DNA from: Squalus acanthias
Taxonomy: Eukaryota
Reading direction: 5' to 3'
DNA: 64,000 bases
Assembly (NCBI GenBank): GCA_030390025.1
Contig: JASTWF010000325.1
Location: forward strand, 248,001 to 312,000
Numbering within the stretch: the first letter of the stretch is position 1; each line of letters starts with the position of its first letter. The position numbers were made by a program, and so were the translations under genes. Of the stretch, positions 9,228 to 20,042 are shown piece by piece. The notes beneath the pieces are model-generated. The model worked only from the letters and a program-made list of their open reading frames with translations, was not told the origin of the DNA and did no database searches.

Positions 9228-12200
9228 TTAAATTCTAAAAAGGCTGCCACGAGCTTTTCCCGACGGTGGGAGGGCATTGACCCCTCCCTTTGATCTGCCG
9301 CAGCCTGTTGCTGCTGCGCTGGGACTGGGCTCTCCCTGGGCTGCCTTAGCCTTGAGCCTACGCCTTGGGACACTCTGGGGACTTGACCATACCTTCCTGG
9401 GCTGGGGTATCCGACCTGACCTACGGAGAGCTACCGGGGGCAGGAACTCCAGGACCGACGGACCGGGTTCCGAGACTTCCACCGTGGCGACCTGTGGTCC
9501 CGCCACAGTCGCTGGCTCCGCCTCCCCTGGCTCCGCCTCCCTGAACTCGGGATCTGCAGCTTGTGGCACCGCCCTACTCGGCCCAGTAGGCGGCCCTTCA
9601 CTCGCAGTCCATACCTCCCTCGAGGGCAAGACGTTCAAGGCGGGCGGCTCGGGCTCTGAGGCTTCCATCGCCACGCCCTGTGGTCCCACCACAGCGGCTG
9701 GCTCCGCCTCCCTTGGCTCCGCCCCCCTGCTTTCAGGACCTGCAGCTTCGGCTTCCACCCTGTGTGGATCTCTATCTGCAGCCCCTGCCCCCCCTATGCC
9801 TGAATCGGGGGCGACCCTTTCGTCCTCCGATTCCCGCTCCTCCTCGCTTGTGTCACTATCTTCACTATCACTATCTTCACTATCCTCATCTGACTCCCAA
9901 CCCCACAAAAATGTCTCACAATTTTCCAGGATGTCCCCTCCCCTGATGCAAGCTGCTTTGCCTGCCTGTGTGCCCTGTGGCCCTACCTGGGGCCGCGAGT
10001 CCCCACTCGCAGGTTTGGCCCCTGTGGTTGGCCCTTGTGCACCTGGCTTGTACAGTTTGCACTGATTTACGTGGAACCACTTAGTGCGCCGAGGTACCTT
10101 TACGGCGTATACCATGGGACTCGCCTTATCTACAATGTTGTAGGGTCCCATATACAGTGGTTCCAGACTCCCTACTCTGGCGTAGTTTCTGACCATGACC
10201 TGGTCTCCTACTTCCCACTCCCGCGTTTTGCGGGGTTCCAGCAACAGGCGATTGCCCTGATGCTGCCTTCCCATGTTCCCAGCCGCCTGCTCATAAACCT
10301 GCTTCAGGCGCTCCAAGAGGGTCTGGGCGAACTTGTCCCTGCTTATCTCTTGGAGCTGACCCTCAGTGAGCACCGGAGCTAGCACATGGGTGGGGGTTCG
10401 CATGATCCTCCCAGTCATCACCTCGTGCGGGGAATACCCCGTACTTTTCGACTGACTGGCCCGGACCCCCATGAGGACTAAAGGCAGAACCTCCGCCCAT
10501 TTTTGGGGCGAGTTCATAGTCTCTTTCCTCAATTTTTCCTTCAGGGTCCGGTTCATGCGTTCAACAATCCCGGATGACTGGGGATTGTGTGCTACGTGCC
10601 ATTTCCCTTCAATGCCCAAAAGCATGAGGGTGTTCTGCATCACCTGGCCGGTGAAATGACTCCCTTGGTCTGACTCCACAAAACGGGGGAGTCCCCACCG
10701 CGAGAACACCTCCCGGACCAAGATTTTTGCAGTACCCAGTGCCGTAGCTGTTCTACAGGGGAAGGCTTCCACCCATTTGGAAAACACATCCCCCAAGACG
10801 AGGCAGTATTTATAGCCTCCCTGGGTGGTGGGCAGGGGCCCTATATAGTCGATCTGTATCGACTGCCATGGTCCCTCTACCCTCCTGACGTGCCCCATGG
10901 GCACTTTCCTTTTCTGGGGGTCTGGGTTGTTTGCAGCGCACACGAGACAGCTTTCACAGAACTCGCGGACCTGTTCCCTGAGCCCCGGCCACCATCCCGC
11001 TTACTCTACCCGTTGCCAGGTAACCTCGGGCCCGGGGTGCCCTGCCCCCGGTCCCTCGTGAGCCAACTGGAGGAATTCCCTCCTGTGCTGCTGCGGCACA
11101 ACCCACTGCTCTTCGCGGAACAGCATGCCTTCCTTAACTGAGAGGGTTGCCGTACTGTACGGACCCTCTACCTGCTTCCCCTCAGCAAGGGTTTTGAGGA
11201 CTGCTTTTAGGGCGGGATCCTGGTTCTGGACGGCCTTAAGGTCTAGGGGCAATGCTACCCTGGTGTTCCCGGGATTCCCGTCCCTGCCTTGGATCGCTGC
11301 CATGGGTCTGGGCCCATAGGGGTCCCAGAAAATGCCGTTGCGGGCACCCTCTCTGGCTAGCGCATCCGCCTGCTGGTTGCCCTCCCCACGGGGCTCTGTG
11401 GAGGAGTGAGCCTTCACCTTATGGATGAAAATCTCCCCTTCCTCCCCTACTGCTGCTAGGATCTTTTCCAGCAAGGGCTTCACCGTTAAAGGTCGCCCGT
11501 CCGCGGAGGTGTATCCACGGCGGGACCAAATGGCCAGGTATTCCGTACACGAATTGCATGTGAACATACTGTCCGAGCAAATCGTGTATGGGGTTGGGAA
11601 AATTTCTGGGTGGGTAACGACGTACACCACTGCAGACAGCTCAGCCTGCTGCGCGCTCATGGTGCTGGGGAGCTTAATCGCCAGGGCAAGGTTTGCCGCA
11701 GGGTCATAAACTCCACACCCTGTGAGTCGTTCGCCAGCGGACACTGTGCTGGAACCATCAACATAAATCTCGCGCCCAGTGGGATGTATCCCGGCCCGCA
11801 AACCTATGTTGACTTCCCACACCCCTTCCACCGAACACTGGTGGGCTGTACCGGGGTATACCAAATTGGCCGCAAGCCTGGGCTCGCAAAGACCTTTAAC
11901 TCTAAGATCCATCTGGGAGAGAAGAAGGGTCCAGCGCGCAATACGCACGCTGCTTACGGTCCCATCTTTAATCCTCCCATCTAGAAGCATCTTAGTTGGT
12001 GTGTGATGGGTGAGGAGAGTGATGGGAGAGAGCCCTGTGAAGATCGCTGATCTTTTCACAGCCCAATGCGTGGCTAAAACGTGCCTTTCGCAATTGGAGA
12101 AACTTCTCTCCACATCCGTTAACACCCTGGACGAATAGACAAACGGCCTCAGCTTGCCGTGACGCTCTTGGAGCAGCACAGCGCTCAAGCTGTCCCCGCT

Positions 12201-13717
12201 GGCAGCTACCTCCAGGAAAAACTCCTTCCCCCCATCTATGGCCCCTAAAGCTGGCGCGGTCTGCAAATCCCTTTTTAACTTCTCGAAGGCTGCTTGGCAT
12301 CCCTCGTCCCAAGACCACTCCACTCCCTTATGGAGGAGTCGGAGCAGCGGCGCCGCTGTGGCCGCATAGTCTTCGATAAAATCCCTACAGTAACCGGTCA
12401 GTCCCAAAAAGGACCTCACACCCCTTATAGTGTTGGGAATCAGTAACTCTTGCACCGACTCCCTCCTAGCCTTATCTATGGCTCTTTCCCCAGCGCGAAT
12501 GGTCAGCCCCAGGAATTTTACTTCCTGCTGACCGATACGTGCTTTCTTAGGGTTTACTTTAAAACCCTTTCTCGCTAGCAGCTCCAATAACTCGGCCAGC
12601 AGTTGTCCATGCTCCTCCCTTGAATCCGTAAATAGGAGCAAATCATCCACGTACTGCACTATCTGATTGGGCTGACTAAACTCCTTTAAACTTCCTGCCA
12701 TACACTGATGGAAAATACTGGGGCTGTTGTGGAAACCCTGTGGCAAACAGTTCCATGTGTACTGTTGTCCTTTGAAAGTAAAGGCAAACTTGTACTGGTC
12801 CTCTCGCCGCAGCGGGATGGACCAAAAACCGTTCGAGATATCCAGCACCGTGAACGTGGTCGCGGACGCTGGGATACTCCCTATTAGGTCAGCGACTGCT
12901 GCTACCGTGGGCGCGCAGGCGGGAATGTTACTGTTAAGGACTCTGTAGTCCACCGTGGCCCTCCACGAATTATCCGGCTTCCTAACTGGCCATAATGGGG
13001 AGTTCACGTGTGTGGCTATCGGCCTCAACACGCCCTGCTGCACCAAGGAGGACATGGCTGTCTCCATGTCGGGTTCTGCTTCTTTGGGGAAGTTATACTG
13101 CTTTTGGGGCCGGGTCATGGGGTCCCATCTACGCTGACCTCAAACCCGGTAACCCTCCCACAATCGTGCTTGTGGGTTGCAAACGCGTGCATATTATCTG
13201 ACACGTACGTTTGCATGTCCGTTGGGACATCCGCGACCATAAGCCCAAGGTCGTAGCCTCCGGATGGCTTCATGGTACACAGGGTCCCTGTTCCTTCCTC
13301 CCCCGGAATTACCACTACCTCGCCGTCTCCACCCTTAGCCCCCCAGAGACAGTGATTCCTGAGGTCCACGAGGATCCCGTGCCCCGATAGGAGATCGGAC
13401 CCGAGGATACCTCTCCCACCCCCCTCTTGCCATTTCATCAGTATGCACTTCCACGTGGTGTGGAGTGCTCCTAAATGAATGGATAGCGGTAGGGAGAACG
13501 CGCCAGCCTGCTCTTTTCCCGTGAACCCCGCTAATGTGAATGGGACCTTGGTAGATAGCGGTGAGTCAAAAGGGCTATCTGTATGAATCACGGTGCAAGA
13601 AGCTCCCGTGTCCAACAAATAACTACCCTTCTGTTGCTCTACCTCCATCTCCACCAGGGGTCGCTTCCACGCATCATAGCTGAGCGGACACAGGTAGACG
13701 GGCTGCGCGGGCTCTAG
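9228..13717 (-). pseudogene. pol: pro-pol: aspartic protease, RT, tether (degenerate RNase H), RNase H, integrase with GPY module and long low-complexity tail; disrupted by a -1 frameshift near 13118 and an in-frame TAA at 11001-11003
   Basis: LLDTGAS and ILGSDLL; LDISNGFWSIP, LPQGFHNSP, YVDD; YVDGS..AEL..SDS..KVKAH..GNQQAD; AH..GH..(stop)..CLVC zinc finger; IDYIG..SDQGSHF..VERMNRTLK; YMGPY. Confidence 0.93.
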
Positions 13718-15469
13718 TCATTGGGTACTATTAGACGGGGCTGTGGCACCTGCGGGGCCGGTAGCAACCGCCACCTTTCCATGCGCACTCATGAGGTTAC
13801 GCATGGCTCCCAACACTGTTTCGATCGCGTCGGGATGGATGGGTGCACTAGCTTCCCTATCAGCGACAGGCGCCTGGGCTCGGGCTGCGGGATTTTTATC
13901 CCTGGAATCCTTCCAAGGGTTCCTGCAGTTCTTGCGCCAGTGCCCTGTCTTCCCACACCCGTAACAAGCATTGCTGGCCTGCGGGGCGCGGTTACCCTCC
14001 TGATGCCACTCCTTTTGAGCCGGGGCTGCGGGTCGTGCCTCATGCACCTTTCCCTTAAGGGGACGTGCTCCCGTACTCCTGGTATTACGGTACCCTACCG
14101 TGAGTCGATTTAGGACCGACTCCTCTGTAGTGGCGGGGTTAGTGGGATCAAACCACGCTTTTGCCTGCTCCCTGACGGCTGGCAAACTGTTGGTTACTAT
14201 ACACCTGAGCCAATGAGTTAAACCGACGCCTTCCACATTGGCGCGCTCTGGCGCACCTGGGCAGCTACGCTGGTATACTGGCCACAGCCTGTCGGCGAAA
14301 ACCTTCGGGGGTTCTCCCTCCATCTGCACTGTCTGTCCCAGTCTAACAAACGGACCTTCATCGTCCGCTCCCAACACTTCTAGGACCTCATTTCTTAGTG
14401 TCCCATAGGTATTAGTTCCCCTCTTGCTCTCGTCTGAGAGACACTGAAGGATCGAACTATCTAATGAGAATAACAGCCTCTTTGCTGTTTCCCCATCGTC
14501 GCAGCCGTTAATGGCTGCGGTTTGCTCTATTTCCCTAAAATGTACGGAAGGGTCGTCTGACTCGGCCAGTTTCCGGACGTGACTGATCATAATCCTCAGC
14601 TGGTGTGAGCTGTGAGGCAACACAAGCTGGTTGAGGAGATCCCCTTCTTCCCCACCGTCTCTGTTCGGGCCCCTTTTGATACCCGTGACCGGACACAACG
14701 GTCCCGGCTTCACTTCTACCTCAGTGGGCTCTTTCGTTACTTCCACCACTTCCTCCCTTACCCAGGTTTCCGAATAGCTGGGTGGCGCGGAGGGCATAGT
14801 GGCTAATACTTCCTCTGCTTTGTTCGGTGGGGATTTCTGAAATCCCTCATCCACTAGCGGCTGGTGTGCTGACGGACTGATAAGGCACACTATGCCGTGT
14901 GCTTTGTTCACGGCCCTTTTAAGGTGCTCTATCTCCTTTTGGCAGACGCTGTGATCGGCCCCCTGAAATTTATCCTCGAGGGCCATCTTATATGCCGCCC
15001 TAACCCCCGTTAAGCTCTCTTCCTGGGCTTTTATTTGGGCAGCTTGGCGGGCACATCGTTCCTTTAATCTGCCCTCACTTAACTTTGCCTCAGTGACCTG
15101 GCACTCGAGGTAATCTATTTTTGCTTTATGGTGGTTGGTGACTACCTGGCGTTCTTGATGCAACGCATTTAAAGTCGTGATGAGCTGTTGCCCCCCCACG
15201 ACCTTCTCGTCCATTCCCACCTCTAAACGCCTGATCTGAGCTGCTTGCGCTGTAATGACCTGGTCCGAAATTTGGACTTGTCTTTTATAGCACATCAGCC
15301 AGACCGCTTTCTCCACTGCCTTTTTATGTTCCTTGCTATCTGTCCACCTCTCGGCTGCCTCTAGTGGACGCTTATCCACCAGCAGGTCACTTATTCATTT
15401 CTTGGTCAAATTCACTTTTCCGAACACATAATCTGCTATTCTCTCTTCCATGACATTTCGCCCAATCAT
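13718..15469 (-). pseudogene. gag: gag: coiled-coil N-terminus, PSAPPSY late domain, capsid-like region, one CCHC knuckle. Likely start ATG 15469 or 15451; in-frame TGA at 15395-15397
   Basis: CYGCGKTGHWRKNC at 13925-13966. The frame continues upstream of the tracked ORF as MIGRNVMEERIADYVFGKVNLTKK*ISDLLVDKRP. Confidence 0.88.
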
Positions 15470-15504
15470 ACCAAAGTCTAACACATTACCCTCTCGCTGC
15501 CAGT

Positions 15505-15522
15505 GTCCTGCCGCGGTCGCCA
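15505..15522 (-). promoter_or_regulatory. Primer-binding site TGGCGACCGCGGCAGGAC, complementary to the 3' 18 nt of tRNA-Arg(UCG)
   Basis: The + strand reads GTCCTGCCGCGGTCGCCA, matching the vertebrate tRNA-Arg-TCG 3' end including CCA as I recall it. It lies 5 nt inside the 5' LTR end. Confidence 0.88.
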
Positions 15523-15527
15523 TTTTC

Positions 15528-16144
15528 TGTAAGGGTTTTTGCGTGTGTGGCTCTGTGCTCAGCCTGGATGCTAGTGCGAGGTTAGGCCTTGTTGCCTGTT
15601 CTGGTCTCCAGCCAGTCTGGGAGCACTAGACACCTGTGAGTGGTTCGACCCACTCGCCCTTACGGTTCTGACACTGGACTTAGATGCGAGAGCAATAATG
15701 GAGAGAAAACTCAGGTAGACCCGGTTGAATGGTACGAAATGGAAAATCTTTATTGCATATTATTCAAGATTACGAAATACATGTCATAAGCACAGATTAA
15801 TGACAGTACAATCTTACACGCAGTTATGTAACTAATTTTAGGGAAACGAGGAACGAACGACACATCGTAAATGGGGGCACACATTACAGTTATCCTTAAA
15901 ACTTAAACCCTCCCCTATCAATACCTGCTCTAAACTAGATTTGTAGGATCGAGACTCATGCTCACCACTCGTGATAACTCGGAGAATTCCGAAAACTCTG
16001 CTCGGATGTTTTTACCGCAGCACCTGATCACCCACGTGTTGATCAGGGGTCTCTGTACCCCACTTGTTTACTCGTTTCTGCTCTGGCTAGCAGGCTGGAC
16101 CGTCTGCTGTCATGAAGATCTGTGTTGTCCTCGGAGTTCCGACA
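15528..16144 (-). repeat. 5' LTR, 617 bp, probably truncated
   Basis: Matches 4465-5081 except for 2 substitutions found by manual comparison. Confidence 0.93.
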
Positions 16145-16333
16145 TTCTCTGCTGGACTGTGCTGGGAGCACATTCTCTGCTGGACTGTGCTGGGAGCACA
16201 CTCTCTGCTGGACTGTGCTGGGAGCACACACTCTCTGCTGGATTGTGCTGGGAGCACATTCTCTGCTGGACTGTGCTGGGAGCACATTCTCTGCTGGATT
16301 GTGCTGGGAGCACACTCTCTGCTGGACTGTGCT
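16145..16333. repeat. Minisatellite, 28-bp unit, right part
   Basis: Same unit as 3905-4464. Confidence 0.93.
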
Positions 16334-16914
16334 AGAATATTTTTTCTGTAAGGGAAGTCAGTGTGCGGTGGAATTTCTCCCCTGATCTGAGCTACTACAA
16401 CTGGGGTCTGTTCGAGTTCAATAAAATGCAGCAAACAATTATAGGTTGGAATTATTGGGAGGGGAGACTTGTCCTTTACTGGAGAATGGACACTGAATTT
16501 GCCTGCCTTTGTTAGTGGGAACATTTCTGTGAATTTGACCATCAGAAATCTGGCTGGGTCAGAGCCCTATGTACAGGTGGAGCTTCTGGTCACCTCAAAG
16601 TGGTTCAGTAAAGTAAATATACAGGCAAAATGTTAGACAGCACATTATTTGGAACAGAGAACTAGAATCAGCCCACAGGGAGCTGATTAATACATTCAGA
16701 ATGTTCCCAGATTCCTTACGGTTTCTTGGAGTGACGCATTTGATAAGATGAACCTCCTTTAGTTGCTTACTATGATCTTGCCTCCACTCAGTGTCTACAC
16801 ATACACCTCCCAGCGGGGATAGCGATCATGAGTGAGTACCCTGACTCGATTCTCCCCTCCCTGACAACTTCATCGCCGAGTCAATTGTAGCCACCCTCCC
16901 CCCACCTGGTATAG

Positions 16915-17368
16915 GGAGGCAGTGCTGCACTGTCGGAGGTGCCGTCTTTCGCATGAGGCGTTAAACAGAAGCCCCGTCTGCCCTCTCAGGTGGACGTAAA
17001 AGATCCTACGGCCACTATTTCGATGGAAAGCGGTGGAGTTTCCCCGGAAATAAAAACAGAAAATGCTGGAAATACTCAGCAGGTCAGGCAGCATCTGTGG
17101 AGAGAGAAATAGAGTTAACGTTTCAGGTCGATGACCCTTCGTCAGAGTTTCCCCGGAATCCTGGCCAATATTAATCCCTCAACCAACAGCACTAAAACAG
17201 ATTATCTCATTGCTGTTTTGTGGGAGCTTGCTGTGCGCAAATTGGTCATTTTTCTCATTACATCAGTGACTACACTTCAAAAAGTACTTTATTGGCTGTG
17301 AAACGCTTTGGGACGTCCTGAGGTCCATGAAAGTCGCTATATAAATGCAAGTCTTTCTTTCTCTCTTT
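16915..17368 (+). mobile_element. Deu-domain SINE (AmnSINE1/SacSINE1-like), 5'-truncated, interrupted at 17050-17144
   Basis: GGAGGTGCCGTCTTTC..GGACGTAAAAGATCC..CCTGGCCAATATT..GGGAGCTTGCTGTGCGCAAATTGG and tail GCTATATAAATGCAAGTCTTTCTTT; recognised from memory. Confidence 0.75.
17050..17144 (-). mobile_element. Short Penelope-like terminal fragment carrying a minimal hammerhead ribozyme core
   Basis: - strand CTGACGA-AGGGTCATCGACCT-GAAA-CGTT, flanked by a 14-bp direct repeat GAGTTTCCCCGGAA (17036-17049 and 17145-17158). Confidence 0.7.
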
Positions 17369-17384
17369 CTACATGTGAAATACA

Positions 17385-17642
17385 TGGAAGAACAACACAA
17401 CCAATCTATGTCAGTATTTACCCTCCACATGAGCAAATAGTTCGAATCACCCACCCTGTTCCCATATCCCTTTCCTTCATCCCCCTCTCCAATCTATTCT
17501 GGAATGTTGACACAGTTTCTGCTTCAACCACTAACCCTGGGAGTGAATCCCACAGCCTCACAGCTCTGTGTGTGAAGAACTTTCTCCTGCTCTCAGTGCT
17601 AAATCTCTTGCATTGAATCTTGTATCTAAATCCACCAGTCAC
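17385..17642 (-). mobile_element. CR1-type LINE 3' fragment, old
   Basis: RRKFFTHRAVRLWDSLP..VVEAETVSTFQNRL, a CR1 ORF2 C-terminal motif. Confidence 0.75.
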
Positions 17643-17719
17643 CCATTGTGCACACAGCCCATGCCAGAACTGTTCAACATGAATAGACTCTCAAGTTTTA
17701 TGGGGATTTTCTGCTTTAA

Positions 17720-18245
17720 AGATAGGAACTTAGGAACAGGAGGAGGCCTTTCAGCCCCTCGAGCTTGTTCCACCATTCAATTAGATCGCGGCTGATCTGG
17801 ATCTTAACTCCATTTACCCGCCTTGGTTCCGTAACCCTGAATACCCTTACCCAACAAAAATCTATCAATCTCAGTCTTGAAATTTACAATTGACTCCCAG
17901 CCTCAACAACTTTTTGGGAGAGAGAGTTCCAGATTTCCACTCCCCTTTGTGTGAAGAAGTGCTTCCTGACATCATCCATGAATGGCCGAGCTCTAATTTT
18001 AAGGTTCTGCCCCCTTGTTCTGGGCTCCCCCCACCAGAGGAAATAGTTTCTCTCTATCTACCCTATCAATTCCTTTAATCATCTTAAACACCTCGATTAG
18101 ATCACCCCTTAATCTTCGAAACTCAAGGGAATACAGGCCTAGTCTGTGCAACCTGTCCTCATAATTTAACCCTTTTAGCCCCGGTATCATTCTGATGAAT
18201 CTGCGCTGCACTCCCTCCAAGGCCAATATATCCTTCCTGCGGTTC
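17720..18245 (-). mobile_element. CR1-type LINE 3' fragment
   Basis: KDILALEGVQRRFIRMIPGLKGLNYEDRL..LGLYSLE.RRLRGDLIEVFK plus 3' UTR. Confidence 0.85.
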
Positions 18246-18900
18246 AAGATTAAACAATTCCTTTGATTTCAGGCAAACAAAATGTTAAATGCAGAGCGTC
18301 TCCACAGCTCAGACAGCAATGAGTGTTCATACAGAATAAGAACCGGAGAGTGCACAGTCCAACGAAAGCTGCATACATTAACACTTCAATCATGATATTC
18401 CACACCCATCTACAGCACTCCTTACTTGCTGATTGCAAATCAATAGCCTGTCTCGCTCCGACAGGTGGGTGTTGTGAGCCACCATTTTGTACTCTGTGAG
18501 GGGGCAGCCTCCATTTTAAACCCCAGTTGCAGACTGATGACAGATATTTGGCCATTATGTGACAGCTTTCTGCTTGATTGCAAAATAATTTGTTTTTCAT
18601 TTCGATCCTCTACGATCTGGGCAGCCAAAGGGTTTGGAGAGGAGTTTGAGGAAGTACAGATTAACCACAGCCAGGGAAGTGAAATGAGGATCTTCACAGC
18701 ATTACTAAATCCAGTACTGCACATGGCCTTGTCTAATACTCAGACCCAGAGCCCAACAATCATTTCATTCCCTTACTGCGTGCTGAGGTGACCAAAGGTA
18801 TGGTGGCCCTTTTTGTCATTTTCTAAGAGATGGTCATTCCAGTGAAAGAGGGGAGCATAAACTCAAGAAGAGACAAATTCTCCTTCTGCCTGAACCTCGT

Positions 18901-19014
18901 AACCCTAACCCTAATCCCATTCAAATCCTAACCCTAAATCTAACCCCGAATCTCTCCCTAACCCTAAATCTAACCCTGAATCTCTCCCTAACCCTAAATC
19001 TAACCCTGAATCTC
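18901..19014. repeat. Degenerate telomere-like (CCCTAA-derived) repeat with a 30-bp higher-order unit
   Basis: AACCCTAACCCTAA followed by three copies of CCCTAACCCTAAATCTAACCC(T/C)GAATCTC. Confidence 0.7.
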
Positions 19015-19862
19015 AACAACAACAACAACTTGCATTTATATAGCATCTTTAATGTAGTAAAATGTCCCAAGGCACTGCACAGGAACGTTATCCAACAAAA
19101 TTTGACACCGAGACACATACGGAAATATTAGGATAGATAACCAAAAGCTTGGTCAAAGAGGTAGGTTTTCAGAATCGTCTTAAAGGAGGAGAGAGATGGA
19201 GAGGCGAAGAGGTTTAGGGAGGGAATTCCAGAGCTTAGGGCCCAGGCAGCTGAAGGCACGGCCGCCAATGGTGGAGCGATGAAAATCGGGGATGCACAAG
19301 AGGCCAGAACTGGAGGAACGGAGAGGGTTATAAGGCTGGAGGGGTTTGAAAACAAGGGTGAGAATTTTAAAATTGAGGCGTTGCTGGACCAGGAGCAATG
19401 TAGGTCAGCAAACACAGGGTCGATGGGTGAAGGGGACTTATTGCAAGTTAGGATTCGGGCAGCAGAGTTTTGGACGAGCTGAAGTTTACGGGGGGGTGGA
19501 AGAGAGGAGGCCGGCCAGGAGAGCTTTGGAATAGTCAAGCCTGGAGGCAACAAAGGCGTGGATGAGGATTTCAGCAGCAGATGAGCTGAGGCAGGGGCGG
19601 AGTTAGGCGATGTTACAGAGGTGGAAGTAGACAGACTTAGTGATGCTGCGGATATGTGGTCGGAAGCTCATCTCGGGGTCAAATATGACACAAAGGTAGC
19701 GAACAGTCTGGTTCAGCCTCAGACAGTTTTCAGGGAGAGGGATGGAGTCGGTGGCTAGGGAACAGAGTTTGTGGCGGGGCCCAAAGACAATGGCTTTGGT
19801 CTCCCCAGTATTTAATTGGAGGAGATTTCTGCTCATCCAGTACTGGATGTAGGACAAGCAGC
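19015..19862 (-). mobile_element. L2-type LINE 3' fragment with (GTT)n tail
   Basis: IQYWMSRNLLQLN..TKAIVFG..FDPEMSF..YFHLCNIA; KLQLVQNSAARILT; FKILTLVFK; GGRAFSCLGPKLWNSLP; FKT.LKTYLF. Confidence 0.85.
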
Positions 19863-19894
19863 CTGGCTAACGCCAGATCTATCCTTAACACTAT

Positions 19895-20042
19895 TGGCCA
19901 CCCTTCCCACTCCCACATCGTTACCTCTGGAGTCCCCCAAGGATCTATCCTTGGGCCCTCCTATTTCTCATTTACATGCTGCCCCTTGGCGACACCATCC
20001 GAAAATACAGCGTCAGTTTCCACATGTACACTGACAACACAC
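19895..20042 (+). mobile_element. L2 RT fragment inverted relative to the adjacent L2 piece
   Basis: VTSGVPQGSILGP..IYMLPLGD.IRKY.VSFHMYTDNT (degenerate YADDT). Confidence 0.8.

Larger units (their letters stand above)
4465..16144 (-). mobile_element. Endogenous retrovirus-like provirus (lokiretrovirus-like): LTR-PBS-gag-pro-pol-env-LTR
   Basis: Direct terminal repeats at 4465-5081 and 15528-16144, 18-nt tRNA PBS, gag zinc knuckle, DTGA protease, YVDD RT, tether plus second RNase H, DDE integrase and membrane-anchored env, all on the - strand. Confidence 0.95.

Noticed and set aside
9277..10065. 262-aa antisense ORF opposite the integrase tail
   Set aside because: GC-rich low-complexity shadow of the pol frame, non-ATG start, no motif.
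16342..16354. TTTTCTGTAAGGG, identical to the U5/PBS junction at 15523-15534
   Set aside because: Similarity stops immediately on both sides; low-complexity and probably chance.
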